Below, piece by piece: positions 19,614-29,057 of a stretch of 64,000 nt of DNA (its first letter is position 1; every line of letters starts with the position of its first letter). A model generated the notes under the pieces. It saw only the letters and a list, made by a program, of their open reading frames with translations, had not been told where the DNA came from and searched no databases. This DNA is from an uncultured delta proteobacterium (lineage in GTDB: Bacteria; Desulfobacterota; Desulfobacteria; Desulfobacterales; SG8-13), in NCBI GenBank assembly GCA_963848135.1, contig CAWKCK010000018.1, positions 324,938 to 388,937 of the forward strand. Direction: 5' to 3'. Made by a program: the position numbers and the translations under genes.

Positions 19614-21317
19614 ATGGATTATTTCAACGTCGTCAATCTTGATAGGGAGCCGTTCTCAAACTCCCCGGATCCGGATTTTTTCTTCGGCTCCAACCAGCAT
19701 CTTGAATGCCTTCAGAAGCTCGAGCTCGCCCTCCGGCTGCGCCGTGGCCTGAATGTCGTCATCGGTGACGTCGGGACCGGTAAGACCACTCTCTGCCGCC
19801 AACTTATCCGCCGTTTTTCCGAAACCGAAGATTTTGAAACTCATCTCATACTGGACCCGGATTTTTCCAGTTCGACGGAATTCTTGTTCACCGCCATCAA
19901 AATGCTAACCGGCAAGAAACCGCCCGGGCATTCCAAGGACTGGCAATTGAAGGAGGTTATCAAAAACTACCTCTTTCGCCGGGGTGTCGATGAAAAAAAG
20001 ACCGTCATCCTCATCATTGATGAGGGGCAGAAAATTCCTCTCTACTGCCTGGAGTTATTGCGCGAGTTTTTAAATTATGAAACCAACGAGCACAAGCTTC
20101 TGCAAATCGTTATTTTCGCTCAGAAAGAATTTGAAAACACAATTGAGAGTTATGCCAATTTTGCCGATCGGATCAATCTGTATCACTATTTAAAACCGAT
20201 GAATTTCTCCGACACCCGGGCCATGATTCGGTACCGACTCGAAAAATCGAGTAAAAACCTAAAGGCCTATACCTTTTTCAGTTTCCCAGCACTTTTGGTT
20301 ATCTATCTAACTTCCAGGGGGTATCCAAGAAAAATAATTAATGTGTGTCACCGTTGCATCTTGACGATGATCATTCAAAACCGCTCGGCGGTCAACTTAT
20401 TCCTGGCCCGAACCTGCAGCCGGAGAGTTTTTCCACACCGCAGCCATCGACACCGACGGATCGCTTTGTTGGTCGGCATCCCTCTTCTGCTTGTTATCGT
20501 CGGATTGAATGTCATTGGCATTGGGAGTTTGAATCGACCGTTCAGACGACAACCTTCAGCTACAGAATCAGCCAATGTCGCCTATGACACCCCCAGTTTC
20601 AGAAAAATAGAGACGCAATCGCCTCAAGTCATACCGGCCGTGCTACCCGAGCGAACAGCCGCCGCAACCGTCAACGATCAGATGCCGGCCCTTCGGCGGC
20701 AGAATGATCAAATGAATAGTCCCGCTCCGGTAAACATTGCCGTAACCGCCGAAACCGCAAAGATTGGGCCCTCGACCGAGAATCCGATGTCCCCTGGTGC
20801 GATGCAAACGCAACCGAATACCCTCGGCCAGGTCGTCATCATGCGCAACGAAACCCTCTACAATCTGATCGAAAATGTCTACGGCGACTATAGCTCTAAA
20901 CTATTCAGATCATTGATACTGGCCAATCCCCAGATCGAGGATCCTGATGTGGTCAATGTGGGGCAGATTATCCAGGTACCGGCAATCCCGGTTGATATCC
21001 GTCCACCGATTAATCCGGCCTGGTGGGTCAGCGTCGCTCGTGCCAAAAGTCTGGATGAAGCCTATGGTTACCTGCGTGCACTGCCTCGAGGTACCCCGAT
21101 GATACGTATCCTGTGCTACTGGACACCACAGCGAGGAATGCATTTCGATCTCATGCTGAACCAGTATTTTACCAGCGCTGAAGAGGCTCAAAACCATCTT
21201 CTGCAGTTACCGACGGCCTACTCCAAAAACAGCCGGGTCGTATCTATTTGGTCACATGACACGGTTTTTTATGCCAACCCGTTTTTTGAACGTCCCAATC
21301 GCCAGCAAAAGGGCTGA
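19614..21317 (+). CDS. ExeA/MshM-like AAA ATPase with TM and LysM-like domain
   Basis: REPFSNSPDP, GDVGTGKTT, IIDEGQ, GYPRKI; LysM-like ETLYNLIENVYG...ANPQIEDPDVVNVGQIIQVP. Confidence 0.85.
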   Translation: MDYFNVVNLDREPFSNSPDPDFFFGSNQHLECLQKLELALRLRRGLNVVIGDVGTGKTTLCRQLIRRFSETEDFETHLILDPDFSSSTEFLFTAIKMLTGKKPPGHSKDWQLKEVIKNYLFRRGVDEKKTVILIIDEGQKIPLYCLELLREFLNYETNEHKLLQIVIFAQKEFENTIESYANFADRINLYHYLKPMNFSDTRAMIRYRLEKSSKNLKAYTFFSFPALLVIYLTSRGYPRKIINVCHRCILTMIIQNRSAVNLFLARTCSRRVFPHRSHRHRRIALLVGIPLLLVIVGLNVIGIGSLNRPFRRQPSATESANVAYDTPSFRKIETQSPQVIPAVLPERTAAATVNDQMPALRRQNDQMNSPAPVNIAVTAETAKIGPSTENPMSPGAMQTQPNTLGQVVIMRNETLYNLIENVYGDYSSKLFRSLILANPQIEDPDVVNVGQIIQVPAIPVDIRPPINPAWWVSVARAKSLDEAYGYLRALPRGTPMIRILCYWTPQRGMHFDLMLNQYFTSAEEAQNHLLQLPTAYSKNSRVVSIWSHDTVFYANPFFERPNRQQKG

Positions 21318-21545
21318 TGACGCTCTGAGGCGGGTAAAAAAACTATACGCAGACTTTATTACTGCGCAGCTGGCGAATCTCCCGCGAGGCTGAGATTCCG
21401 GCACTGTTACGGCAAGACCGGGGTGCCTTATAAAATGTGGAATTGGTTCGTGACACGCAGCCACACCCGGAGATAACAACTTTCATTTACAGGATGCCGC
21501 TTTAATAATTAAGACTGCACCTGTAACCCACACGAGAAAAGAAAA

Positions 21546-23249
21546 TTGAAAATCAAAAAACGATTGGGAGAGATTCTGATAGAAGGCGGGCTGTTAACCC
21601 GCATGCAGTTGGAAGAGGCGCTGCCGTATCAAAAAAAGTCCGGCCTCAAGCTGGGGCAGTTCCTGGTGCGCGAAGGGATCGTTAGTGAAGCCCAGATCGT
21701 CGATATGGTATCCAACCAGCTGAATTTGAGAAAATATACGTCTGGGAAATATCAGATTGATCCGGAGCTATCCAATGTCATTCCGGCCGAAATGGCCTTC
21801 CGGTACCAGTCTGTCCCGCTCAAAAAAAACGGACTGCTTCTGACAGTTGCCATGACGGACCCGATGGACATCAATGCCGTGGATGCCATCGAAGTGTATA
21901 CCAACAACGAAGTTGAAACGATTATATGTACCGAACAGGATTTGAATCAACTGCTGAGCAGCCTCTACGGCACCTATTCCGGCATCGATGGCGTACTGGA
22001 AGACATGGAGGACATGCAGTACGACAAAGAATCCGAGAAAGCACCGATCACCGAGGATGTGGAGGTCAGTTCGTTGCAGGGAATGGCCGAAGAGGCGCCG
22101 GTTGTTCGTCTGGTTAACTCCATTTTATCGCAGGGCGTGCGTGAAGGCGCCAGCGATATACATATCAGTCCTGAAAAAGATTTTGTTCAGGTCCGCTTTC
22201 GGGTCGACGGAAAATTACATGAAGTGCCGGCACCGCCCAAATCCATGTTCCTGCCGATCGTCTCACGACTAAAAATCCTGGCCAACATGGATATATCCAT
22301 ATCGCGTATTCCCCAGGACGGTCGTTTCACGGTTAAAATGAAGAACAAGGAAATTAACATCCGGGCGTCTACGATTCCTTCCATATACGGCGAAAACATG
22401 GTCCTGCGTTTGCTCGACACCAGCAGCGGCGTATATTCCCTGGAGCGTCTCGGTATGTCACAAACGGACCGCGACAAGATTGTCTCGGTCATCAATCGTC
22501 CCTACGGTATGATTTTAAGTACCGGGCCGACGGGCAGCGGCAAGAGTACAAGCCTGTATTCAATCCTAAAGACAATCAATAAACCGGACACCAATATCAT
22601 TACCGTCGAAGACCCGGTGGAATACCGAATCGAGAAGATTTGCCAGGTCCAGCTCAACCGCAAAGCGGGAATGACATTTGCAGACGGCCTGCGGTCGATC
22701 CTGCGTCAGGACCCGGACGTCATCATGGTGGGCGAGATCCGCGACACGGAAACCGCCACCATTGCGGTACAGGCGGCCTTGACCGGTCACAGGGTACTGA
22801 GCACGTTGCATACCAATGATGCCGCCGGCGCGATTACCCGCTTTATCGACATGGGCATCGAGCCGTTTCTAGTTGCCTCGACCATGATCGTATCCTTTGC
22901 CCAGCGCCTGGTCCGCACCATCTGTCCCCAATGCAAGGCCCGCTATGAACCGCCTGAGGAGGCCTTGCATTTCTGGGGCCTGACGGGTAAAGACGGGACC
23001 AAGCTGGTGCATGGAACCGGCTGTTTCAATTGCATGCACACCGGCTACAAGGGCCGTTCCGGCATTTTCGAAGTCTTGCTGATCGATGATTTGGTGCAAA
23101 ATATGATTCTCAAAAAACGATCTTCACATGAAATCAGCAGAGCCGCAAAAGAAGCGGGTAAACTATCGACGCTAAAAGAGGACGCTGCGCAGAAAATATT
23201 GCAGGGAATCACGACAATTGAGGAGGCGGCATCGGCGGTACTAGCATAG
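21546..23249 (+). CDS. pilB: Pilus extension ATPase (PilB/MshE/GspE) with N-terminal MshEN motif
   Basis: RLGEILIEGGLL...Q, ASDIH, GPTGSGKS, EDPVE, LRQDPDVIMVGEIRD, CPQC/CFNC. Confidence 0.95.
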   Translation: MKIKKRLGEILIEGGLLTRMQLEEALPYQKKSGLKLGQFLVREGIVSEAQIVDMVSNQLNLRKYTSGKYQIDPELSNVIPAEMAFRYQSVPLKKNGLLLTVAMTDPMDINAVDAIEVYTNNEVETIICTEQDLNQLLSSLYGTYSGIDGVLEDMEDMQYDKESEKAPITEDVEVSSLQGMAEEAPVVRLVNSILSQGVREGASDIHISPEKDFVQVRFRVDGKLHEVPAPPKSMFLPIVSRLKILANMDISISRIPQDGRFTVKMKNKEINIRASTIPSIYGENMVLRLLDTSSGVYSLERLGMSQTDRDKIVSVINRPYGMILSTGPTGSGKSTSLYSILKTINKPDTNIITVEDPVEYRIEKICQVQLNRKAGMTFADGLRSILRQDPDVIMVGEIRDTETATIAVQAALTGHRVLSTLHTNDAAGAITRFIDMGIEPFLVASTMIVSFAQRLVRTICPQCKARYEPPEEALHFWGLTGKDGTKLVHGTGCFNCMHTGYKGRSGIFEVLLIDDLVQNMILKKRSSHEISRAAKEAGKLSTLKEDAAQKILQGITTIEEAASAVLA

Positions 23250-23426
23250 TTTCCGTCCATAAATGGCCCTTTTCAGCAATTTCGGCGTCAATTGGCGGAA
23301 TCGCTTATGCGGCCTACAGGAGTACGCCTCCGCGCAATTCCTTGATTTTCTTGAACTTGCAGAAAATTGCTCATTTCTGAATCGGAAACGAATCAGTGCC
23401 CTTAATGAAACCGTGGATGGGTACTA
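23249..23426. repeat. Long palindromic intergenic element, family B
   Basis: Inverted arms GTTTCCGTCCATAAATG (23249) and CATTTCTGAATCGGAAAC (to 23389), apex CTAC-AGGA-GTAC, tail ending GGATGGGTACTAG; 21-bp direct repeat at 23237-23257 and 23420-23440. Confidence 0.7.
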
Positions 23427-23630
23427 GCATAGTGTCCGTCAACGAAAGGATGATGGATCGATTGAGTGCCCAATTCATAAATTAGAATTTTCACTAAAGC
23501 GGGGGTAGGCCCCCCGGTTCAGCGTTTAACGCCGTATTGTCAAGCACAATCGTTTTTCAATAGCCTGTTAAGCCCGATAACGATTAGCGACCGTGAATTC
23601 ACCTAAGTCGCACCAACTGTTGAGGCGAGA

Positions 23631-24848
23631 ATGCCGAAATTTGCCTATAAGGTCATCACTGAAACCGGAGATGTAAGCGCCGGCACGATCGAAGCCGAAT
23701 CGGTGGATGCCGCCAACAGCAAGCTTACAGCCCAAGGATATATCCCCACCCAAGTCCGGGAGGTAACGATAAACGCCGGCCTCGACCTAAAGGCCCTCCA
23801 AGACAGGCTAACGCCAATCAGGGTTCCCGAGATCATCCTGTTTACGAAACAGTTTCGCACGATGATACGCGCCGGTGTTTCGATGCTGAATCTGCTTTCG
23901 ATTCTCGAGGACCAGACGGAAAACGTAAAGCTGAAAAAAGTCATTTCCGAGATGCATCAAGCCATCAATCGGGGTGCGAGCTTGACGGAAGCTTTCCAGA
24001 ATCATCCACGGGTTTTCTCGCCGCTCTACTGCAGCATGGTGCAAGCCGGAGAGGCCAGTGGAGCGTTGCCTGAAATCCTGCAGCGCTTGACCTACATTCT
24101 GGAGCACGAGCAAAAGGTAAAAAACGACATTAAATCCGCACTCCAATATCCGGCGATCGTTGTGACGTTTTTGATTATCGCGTTCATCGTGTTGTTGACA
24201 TTTGTCATTCCCAAGTTCGCCAATATTTTCCAGAGTGCCGGCCTGAAACTGCCACTGCCGACAGTCATCTGTATGAAACTGTATGAATTCATGTCAAGTT
24301 ACTGGCTGCTGATCGTCGGTGCCATTATCGTCGGAATCATTGTCCTGCTGTCATATTTCAAGACGCCACAGGGCCGCTTCGTCCGTGATACCGCCATGCT
24401 CAAGTTGCCAATCATCGGTATTTTGCTCCAGAAGGCCGCAATTTCAAGGTTTGCAAGTATATTCTCGATCCTGCATGCCAGCGGGGTGGACATTCTCGAA
24501 TCGATGAACATTCTTTCGGGCACTATTGGTAATGAAGCCATTGCCAGTGACCTCGATGCGACAAAGGGATTACTCGAAGAAGGCCGGGGAATTGCCAGCC
24601 CCCTATCGGGTTCAAAATATTTTACGCCGATGCTGATCAACATGGTTGCCATTGGCGAAGAAACCGGTAACCTCCAGGAAATGCTCCAGGAAGTCGCCGA
24701 TCACTACGACTCTGAAGTCGAATACGCTATGGGAAAGCTCTCGGAGGCCATCGGGCCCTTGTTGACTATCGGTCTGGCAGCCGTGGTGGGCTTCTTTGCA
24801 TTGGCGATATTTTTGCCGATGTGGGATCTCACGACCATGGTCAAATGA
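23631..24848 (+). CDS. pilC: Inner-membrane platform protein (PilC/MshG/GspF)
   Basis: MPKFAYK start, AGEASGAL, ALQYP, GEETGNL, IFLPMWDL. Confidence 0.95.
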   Translation: MPKFAYKVITETGDVSAGTIEAESVDAANSKLTAQGYIPTQVREVTINAGLDLKALQDRLTPIRVPEIILFTKQFRTMIRAGVSMLNLLSILEDQTENVKLKKVISEMHQAINRGASLTEAFQNHPRVFSPLYCSMVQAGEASGALPEILQRLTYILEHEQKVKNDIKSALQYPAIVVTFLIIAFIVLLTFVIPKFANIFQSAGLKLPLPTVICMKLYEFMSSYWLLIVGAIIVGIIVLLSYFKTPQGRFVRDTAMLKLPIIGILLQKAAISRFASIFSILHASGVDILESMNILSGTIGNEAIASDLDATKGLLEEGRGIASPLSGSKYFTPMLINMVAIGEETGNLQEMLQEVADHYDSEVEYAMGKLSEAIGPLLTIGLAAVVGFFALAIFLPMWDLTTMVK

Positions 24849-24874
24849 GCGCGTCCATAACTCGAATATCATAG

Positions 24875-26239
24875 ATGATCCAAAATTATTTCAAAGATAT
24901 CAAAAACCTTCCGCGTTTTCATATCAGCCTCTACCTTATCATTCCCTTCATTATCATGGGATTCACCGTTTTGGCGGCTCTTGTAACGCTGAACCTGACC
25001 CGTTACCACCTCGTATCTCAATTTGGTTTTGGCAGCCCTTTATTCTGGGCCGTTGCGCTCATTGCCATGTCGGCTTTCATTGCCGGTGTTCTCCTCGTAA
25101 GACTCATTTTGAAACCGGTCGAACGCTTTGTCGAAAAGGCCAGACAACTTACCCCTCGATCGGATGAAGACCAATCGGTACGACCGCAGACTGACGGTGA
25201 CCAGATTCAACAGTTCACTTACGTCTTCGATCAGGTGACCAGTGTTCTGAGTCGAATGGAGTCGCGTCACTTTTTTCCAAAACTCATCGGCGAAAGTCTG
25301 CCGATGAGAGGACTGATGAGTCTGATAATGAAGGTGTCTCAAACCGACTCAACCGTGCTCATTCTCGGGGAGAGTGGCACGGGAAAGGAACTTGTGGCGA
25401 CAAGTATCTATGAAAACGGACTGCGCAAAACCAAACCGTTTATCAAGCTTAACTGCGCCGCCATTCCCGAAGAACTATTGGAGAGTGAGCTTTTCGGCCA
25501 TGAAAAAGGTGCTTTTACAGGTGCCACAGCGTTAAAGCCGGGAAAGTTCGACATGGCCGACAACGGTACCATCTTTCTCGATGAAATCGGTGACATGCCG
25601 TTCAGCCTGCAGTCCAAGATTTTACGAATTATTCAGGAAAGAGAATTCTACCGGGTCGGGGGCAGCAAAACCATAAAGGTCGATGTCCGATTCATTGCCT
25701 CGACAAACAAGAACCTGGCACAAATGGTTCGCGACGATAGCTTTCGGGAAGATCTATTTTACCGCTTGAACGTATTCACACTTCACCTACCGCCATTAAG
25801 GGAGCGTAAAGAAGATATACCGGCGCTGGTGGACCACTTCCTGGAAAAAAACGCTAAGAAAGTTGACATATCGTCGATGGCCCTCCAAATGTTGATGACC
25901 TATTCCTGGCCTGGAAATGTGCGCGAACTCCAGAACACTATCGAACGTGCCGCGGTCATCTGTGAGGACAGCTATATTGAACCGGCTCATTTGCCGCCCG
26001 ATATCACCCAGATCTTCGATCGCGGCGATACTGAGGCTATACCGCCCCTGCCAGCGAACTATACTTTGGATGAACGTCTGTCCGAAGTTGAAAGAAATAT
26101 GATCCTCGAAGCGCTGCGTAAAACCGGTGGCGTTCAGATACGCGCCTCCGAACTGCTGGGGATCAATCAGCGCAGTTTGTGGCATCGAATTAAAAAACAT
26201 AATATTGACGTCAGACGCATCAAAAATGGAAATAATTAG
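24875..26239 (+). CDS. Membrane-anchored sigma-54-dependent activator (2 TM + AAA+ + HTH)
   Basis: Two N-terminal TM segments, HAMP-like linker, GESGTGKE, GAFTGA, WPGNVRELQN, HTH; no REC domain. Confidence 0.9.
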   Translation: MIQNYFKDIKNLPRFHISLYLIIPFIIMGFTVLAALVTLNLTRYHLVSQFGFGSPLFWAVALIAMSAFIAGVLLVRLILKPVERFVEKARQLTPRSDEDQSVRPQTDGDQIQQFTYVFDQVTSVLSRMESRHFFPKLIGESLPMRGLMSLIMKVSQTDSTVLILGESGTGKELVATSIYENGLRKTKPFIKLNCAAIPEELLESELFGHEKGAFTGATALKPGKFDMADNGTIFLDEIGDMPFSLQSKILRIIQEREFYRVGGSKTIKVDVRFIASTNKNLAQMVRDDSFREDLFYRLNVFTLHLPPLRERKEDIPALVDHFLEKNAKKVDISSMALQMLMTYSWPGNVRELQNTIERAAVICEDSYIEPAHLPPDITQIFDRGDTEAIPPLPANYTLDERLSEVERNMILEALRKTGGVQIRASELLGINQRSLWHRIKKHNIDVRRIKNGNN

Positions 26240-26247
26240 AAGATTAC

Positions 26248-26262
26248 CTACATAATATGTAG
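26248..26262. promoter_or_regulatory. Candidate bEBP upstream activator sequence
   Basis: Perfect palindrome CTACATA-A-TATGTAG about 120 bp upstream of the sigma-54 promoter. Confidence 0.5.
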
Positions 26263-26381
26263 CATATCCCAACGGTAGTGGCCGTGTTCCTGCCGGGTTT
26301 CGCGGTCCAGAAAAAAATCAACCTATTTGAATTATTAGTCTTTTTTTGATATCGGTTTGCCGGGAAACTTTTCTTTGACAC

Positions 26382-26398
26382 TTGGCATGGTACCTGCA
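26382..26398 (+). promoter_or_regulatory. Sigma-54 (-24/-12) promoter of the pilin genes
   Basis: TTGGCATGGTACCTGCA: GG-N10-GC spacing, about 190 bp upstream of pilin ATG 26585. Confidence 0.8.
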
Positions 26399-26584
26399 TA
26401 ATTTTGAGTGTGTTGAATTTTGTCTGATGTGATCACAGAGCGCCAGGGCGACGATGATTGTTCATAGTCTGACTTTACTACCATTGGCGTCACAGAACGA
26501 TTTTGAATGTTTTCTTTGCTAACAACGCTTTTTTGACAGGCGAACACTATTAACCGCCTGACAAAAAAGGAAAGGAGCTAAATT

Positions 26585-26983
26585 ATGGAACCTATAACCA
26601 AACATTTGAGGAATGAAGAGGGTTTCACGCTGGTCGAGATCATCGCAGTCTTGATTATATTGGGTATCCTGGCCGCTGTGGCCGTGCCGCGTTACATCGA
26701 CCTTGAAACCAACGCGAAAAAGAGGGCTATCGATGCGGCAGTTTCAGAATTGAACGGACGCGAAAACCTCACCTGGGCCAATGTGAAAATCAGTCCTGCA
26801 GCGCCAGCCGATCCGGAGACGGCTGTCTGGCCACTGGACAGTAATCTCGGTGCTGATTACGAATGGAATGGTGGGCCGGCGGCCACAGGAGGCCAACTTC
26901 GATTCAAGCAAGGGGATTGGGTGACGCTAAATCGGACCGTTTCTCTATCCGATCGACCGGGCAACTGGGTTCTCAGCAATTAG
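26585..26983 (+). CDS. Type IV pilin, probable major pilin (MshA-like)
   Basis: Strong RBS AAGGAG; class III leader EEG|FTLVE; VPRYIDL. Confidence 0.92.
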   Translation: MEPITKHLRNEEGFTLVEIIAVLIILGILAAVAVPRYIDLETNAKKRAIDAAVSELNGRENLTWANVKISPAAPADPETAVWPLDSNLGADYEWNGGPAATGGQLRFKQGDWVTLNRTVSLSDRPGNWVLSN

Positions 26984-27110
26984 GCAAAGCTGGGTGTATA
27001 AGCGCTCAGCGGAAGATTCGGTTATGAAAGGTCTGTGGTCTGCAGATGGGTTTTATGGCCGGCTGATGCAATTTCAGATGTGTGTGGTTGTTCATCTCTC
27101 ATAGGACTGG

Positions 27111-27554
27111 ATGTCAAACGTGGGCGAATCGGAGAAAACAAAAACCACATCACTTGTCAAGTGGCTCCCTCACACCATAAGCAGCCGTGAAGGGTTTACA
27201 CTGATTGAGATTATTACCGTTCTGATCATTCTGAGCGTGCTGGCCGCTATTGCCGTTCCCAAATATATTGATCTCGATGCCCATGCCAAGGAACATGGCA
27301 TTGACGCTGGCATCGCCGAAATGAACGGCCGGGAGAGTTTGGTGTGGGCCAACATCAAGCTGGCCTCACCTTCAGGCTGGCAGAGCGATGCTCAGGTTTT
27401 TAGCTATATTGACGATAATTTAGGCCTCGATTACACGTGGTCTGCCGGACCGGATGCGGCCGGTGGTACCTTGACGTTCCAAACGGACGTTACGGCCGAA
27501 CTTGAACGCAGCCCGTCTGAAAGCGTAAAACCAGCACACTGGTCCAGGAAATAA
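27111..27554 (+). CDS. Type IV pilin paralog 2
   Basis: REG|FTLIE, VPKYIDL, EMNGRESLVWAN. Confidence 0.9.
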   Translation: MSNVGESEKTKTTSLVKWLPHTISSREGFTLIEIITVLIILSVLAAIAVPKYIDLDAHAKEHGIDAGIAEMNGRESLVWANIKLASPSGWQSDAQVFSYIDDNLGLDYTWSAGPDAAGGTLTFQTDVTAELERSPSESVKPAHWSRK

Positions 27555-27601
27555 TATGAAACCTGAGGCCTGTTTTTTACACAGACGGATAGGAATCTTG
27601 G

Positions 27602-28009
27602 ATGGAGATGAACCAACGGCTGAAGTTTAGAATATCAAAAGAAAGCGGTTTCACGCTGATTGAACTGATGGCCATTTTGGTTATCATTGGCGTTATCGCC
27701 TCTGTTGCCGTCAAGAAATACACCAACATCAGCACCCACGCTGAAAAACGGGCCATACTTGCCGGAATTGCCGAACTGAATGCCAGAGAGACCCTTTTTT
27801 GGGCCAATCATCTGATTGCCAATGGCGGATATAGCGGCGATGATCCCATCTGGTTACTGATGGCGCTAAACACTGACCTCGGTTCGGCCTATCAGTGGAC
27901 GATCGGACCGACCAAACTTGGCGGTGAATTATCCTTTGGTAGCCAATCGGAAACCCTCAATCGAACCACGTCAACACAGTTATCAGCTGCAAAATGGTCC
28001 AGTACTTAA
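27602..28009 (+). CDS. Type IV pilin paralog 3
   Basis: ESG|FTLIE, ELNARETLFWAN. Confidence 0.9.
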   Translation: MEMNQRLKFRISKESGFTLIELMAILVIIGVIASVAVKKYTNISTHAEKRAILAGIAELNARETLFWANHLIANGGYSGDDPIWLLMALNTDLGSAYQWTIGPTKLGGELSFGSQSETLNRTTSTQLSAAKWSST

Positions 28010-28303
28010 AGTATTGTTTCACTCATCAAATGTTGACGGCATCATCACCGCTACCCATACCTTTACACTCACCGCCAACATTTCGCCCCTCCGGCATATG
28101 CGCCTTTTGCGCCCAGACCGCCACCTCCAACGAAATGATTTCGATCGCCCTTCAATAGATACGGAATTTGTCTTGCAATACGTTAGACGGTGTTATTATT
28201 TTTAATTTTGATAACTACTGCAACTGTCAATCTTTGGAATTTCCCCCGCAAAGTTGAGGGCATCCGATGATTACTATGCTGAAATAATTGTGACTTTTCG
28301 TAC

Positions 28304-28867
28304 TTGCGGTTGTATATGAATTACGATGAACACGATATCCGTGTCATCCTGCAGGTCCTCCGGGGGGACCGAAACGCCTATGCCGATATCGTCGAACGAT
28401 ATAAAAGCCCCGTTTACAACCTGGCCATCCGACTCACCGGTAATCTGGCCGATGCTGATGATCTGGCCCAGGATATCTTCATCCGGGTATATGAACGTCT
28501 GGACCGTTTCGATGTCACCAAACGTTTTTTCCCGTGGATGTACACCGTTGCACTGAATGTTATTCGCAACTACAATAGAAAGAATAAATCGATATTTCTG
28601 AGATTCCATAACAACAACTCCGCGGATAAGTGGCTGAAGCATTCGGAAACACCTGAGAAAAACGTTGCTGAAAATCAGCAGCAAAATAAACTTGCCCGCT
28701 GTATCCTGAAACTGCCGATAATACAGAAAGAAGCCGTGGTTTTGCGCTACTATCAAGGTCTGACTTTTGAAGAAATCGCGGAAGTGAGTTCCTGTTCGCT
28801 GAGTGCTGCAAAAATGCGCGTCTACCGCGGTTTGGAGCAACTCAACCGGCTCATGCAAAGTCCCTGA
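28304..28867 (+). CDS. ECF sigma-70 factor (SigW/RpoE-like)
   Basis: DADDLAQDIFIR (region 2), FPWMYTVALN, LRYYQGLTFEEIAE...AKMRVYRG (region 4). Start may be ATG 28316. Confidence 0.92.
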   Translation: MRLYMNYDEHDIRVILQVLRGDRNAYADIVERYKSPVYNLAIRLTGNLADADDLAQDIFIRVYERLDRFDVTKRFFPWMYTVALNVIRNYNRKNKSIFLRFHNNNSADKWLKHSETPEKNVAENQQQNKLARCILKLPIIQKEAVVLRYYQGLTFEEIAEVSSCSLSAAKMRVYRGLEQLNRLMQSP

Positions 28868-28869
28868 TA

Positions 28870-29027
28870 GTAAGCATTCACAGGGCACCGCATCTGCTTT
28901 GTTGTCGGACACTTGAAGTACAAAAGTACGTCTGCGCGCCCGACGCCTTGCATCTGCGTCACCCTGTAAATGCTTACAAATAGGTGGCTTGATGCATATT
29001 GGATGTTGCAACCCTGTGAACGGCTAC
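28870..29027 (+). repeat. Family A repeat copy 2
   Basis: Near-identical to 4058-4216; starts 3 nt after the ECF stop codon. Confidence 0.92.
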
Positions 29028-29057
29028 CCCTGATAAATCACTGTCTGAAAGCAAAAT

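Noticed and set aside
26585..26983. Electrically conductive (Geobacter-type) pilin
   Set aside because: Mature pilin is 119 aa with 9 aromatic residues and long aromatic-free gaps; it is not the short type and nothing else supports conductivity.
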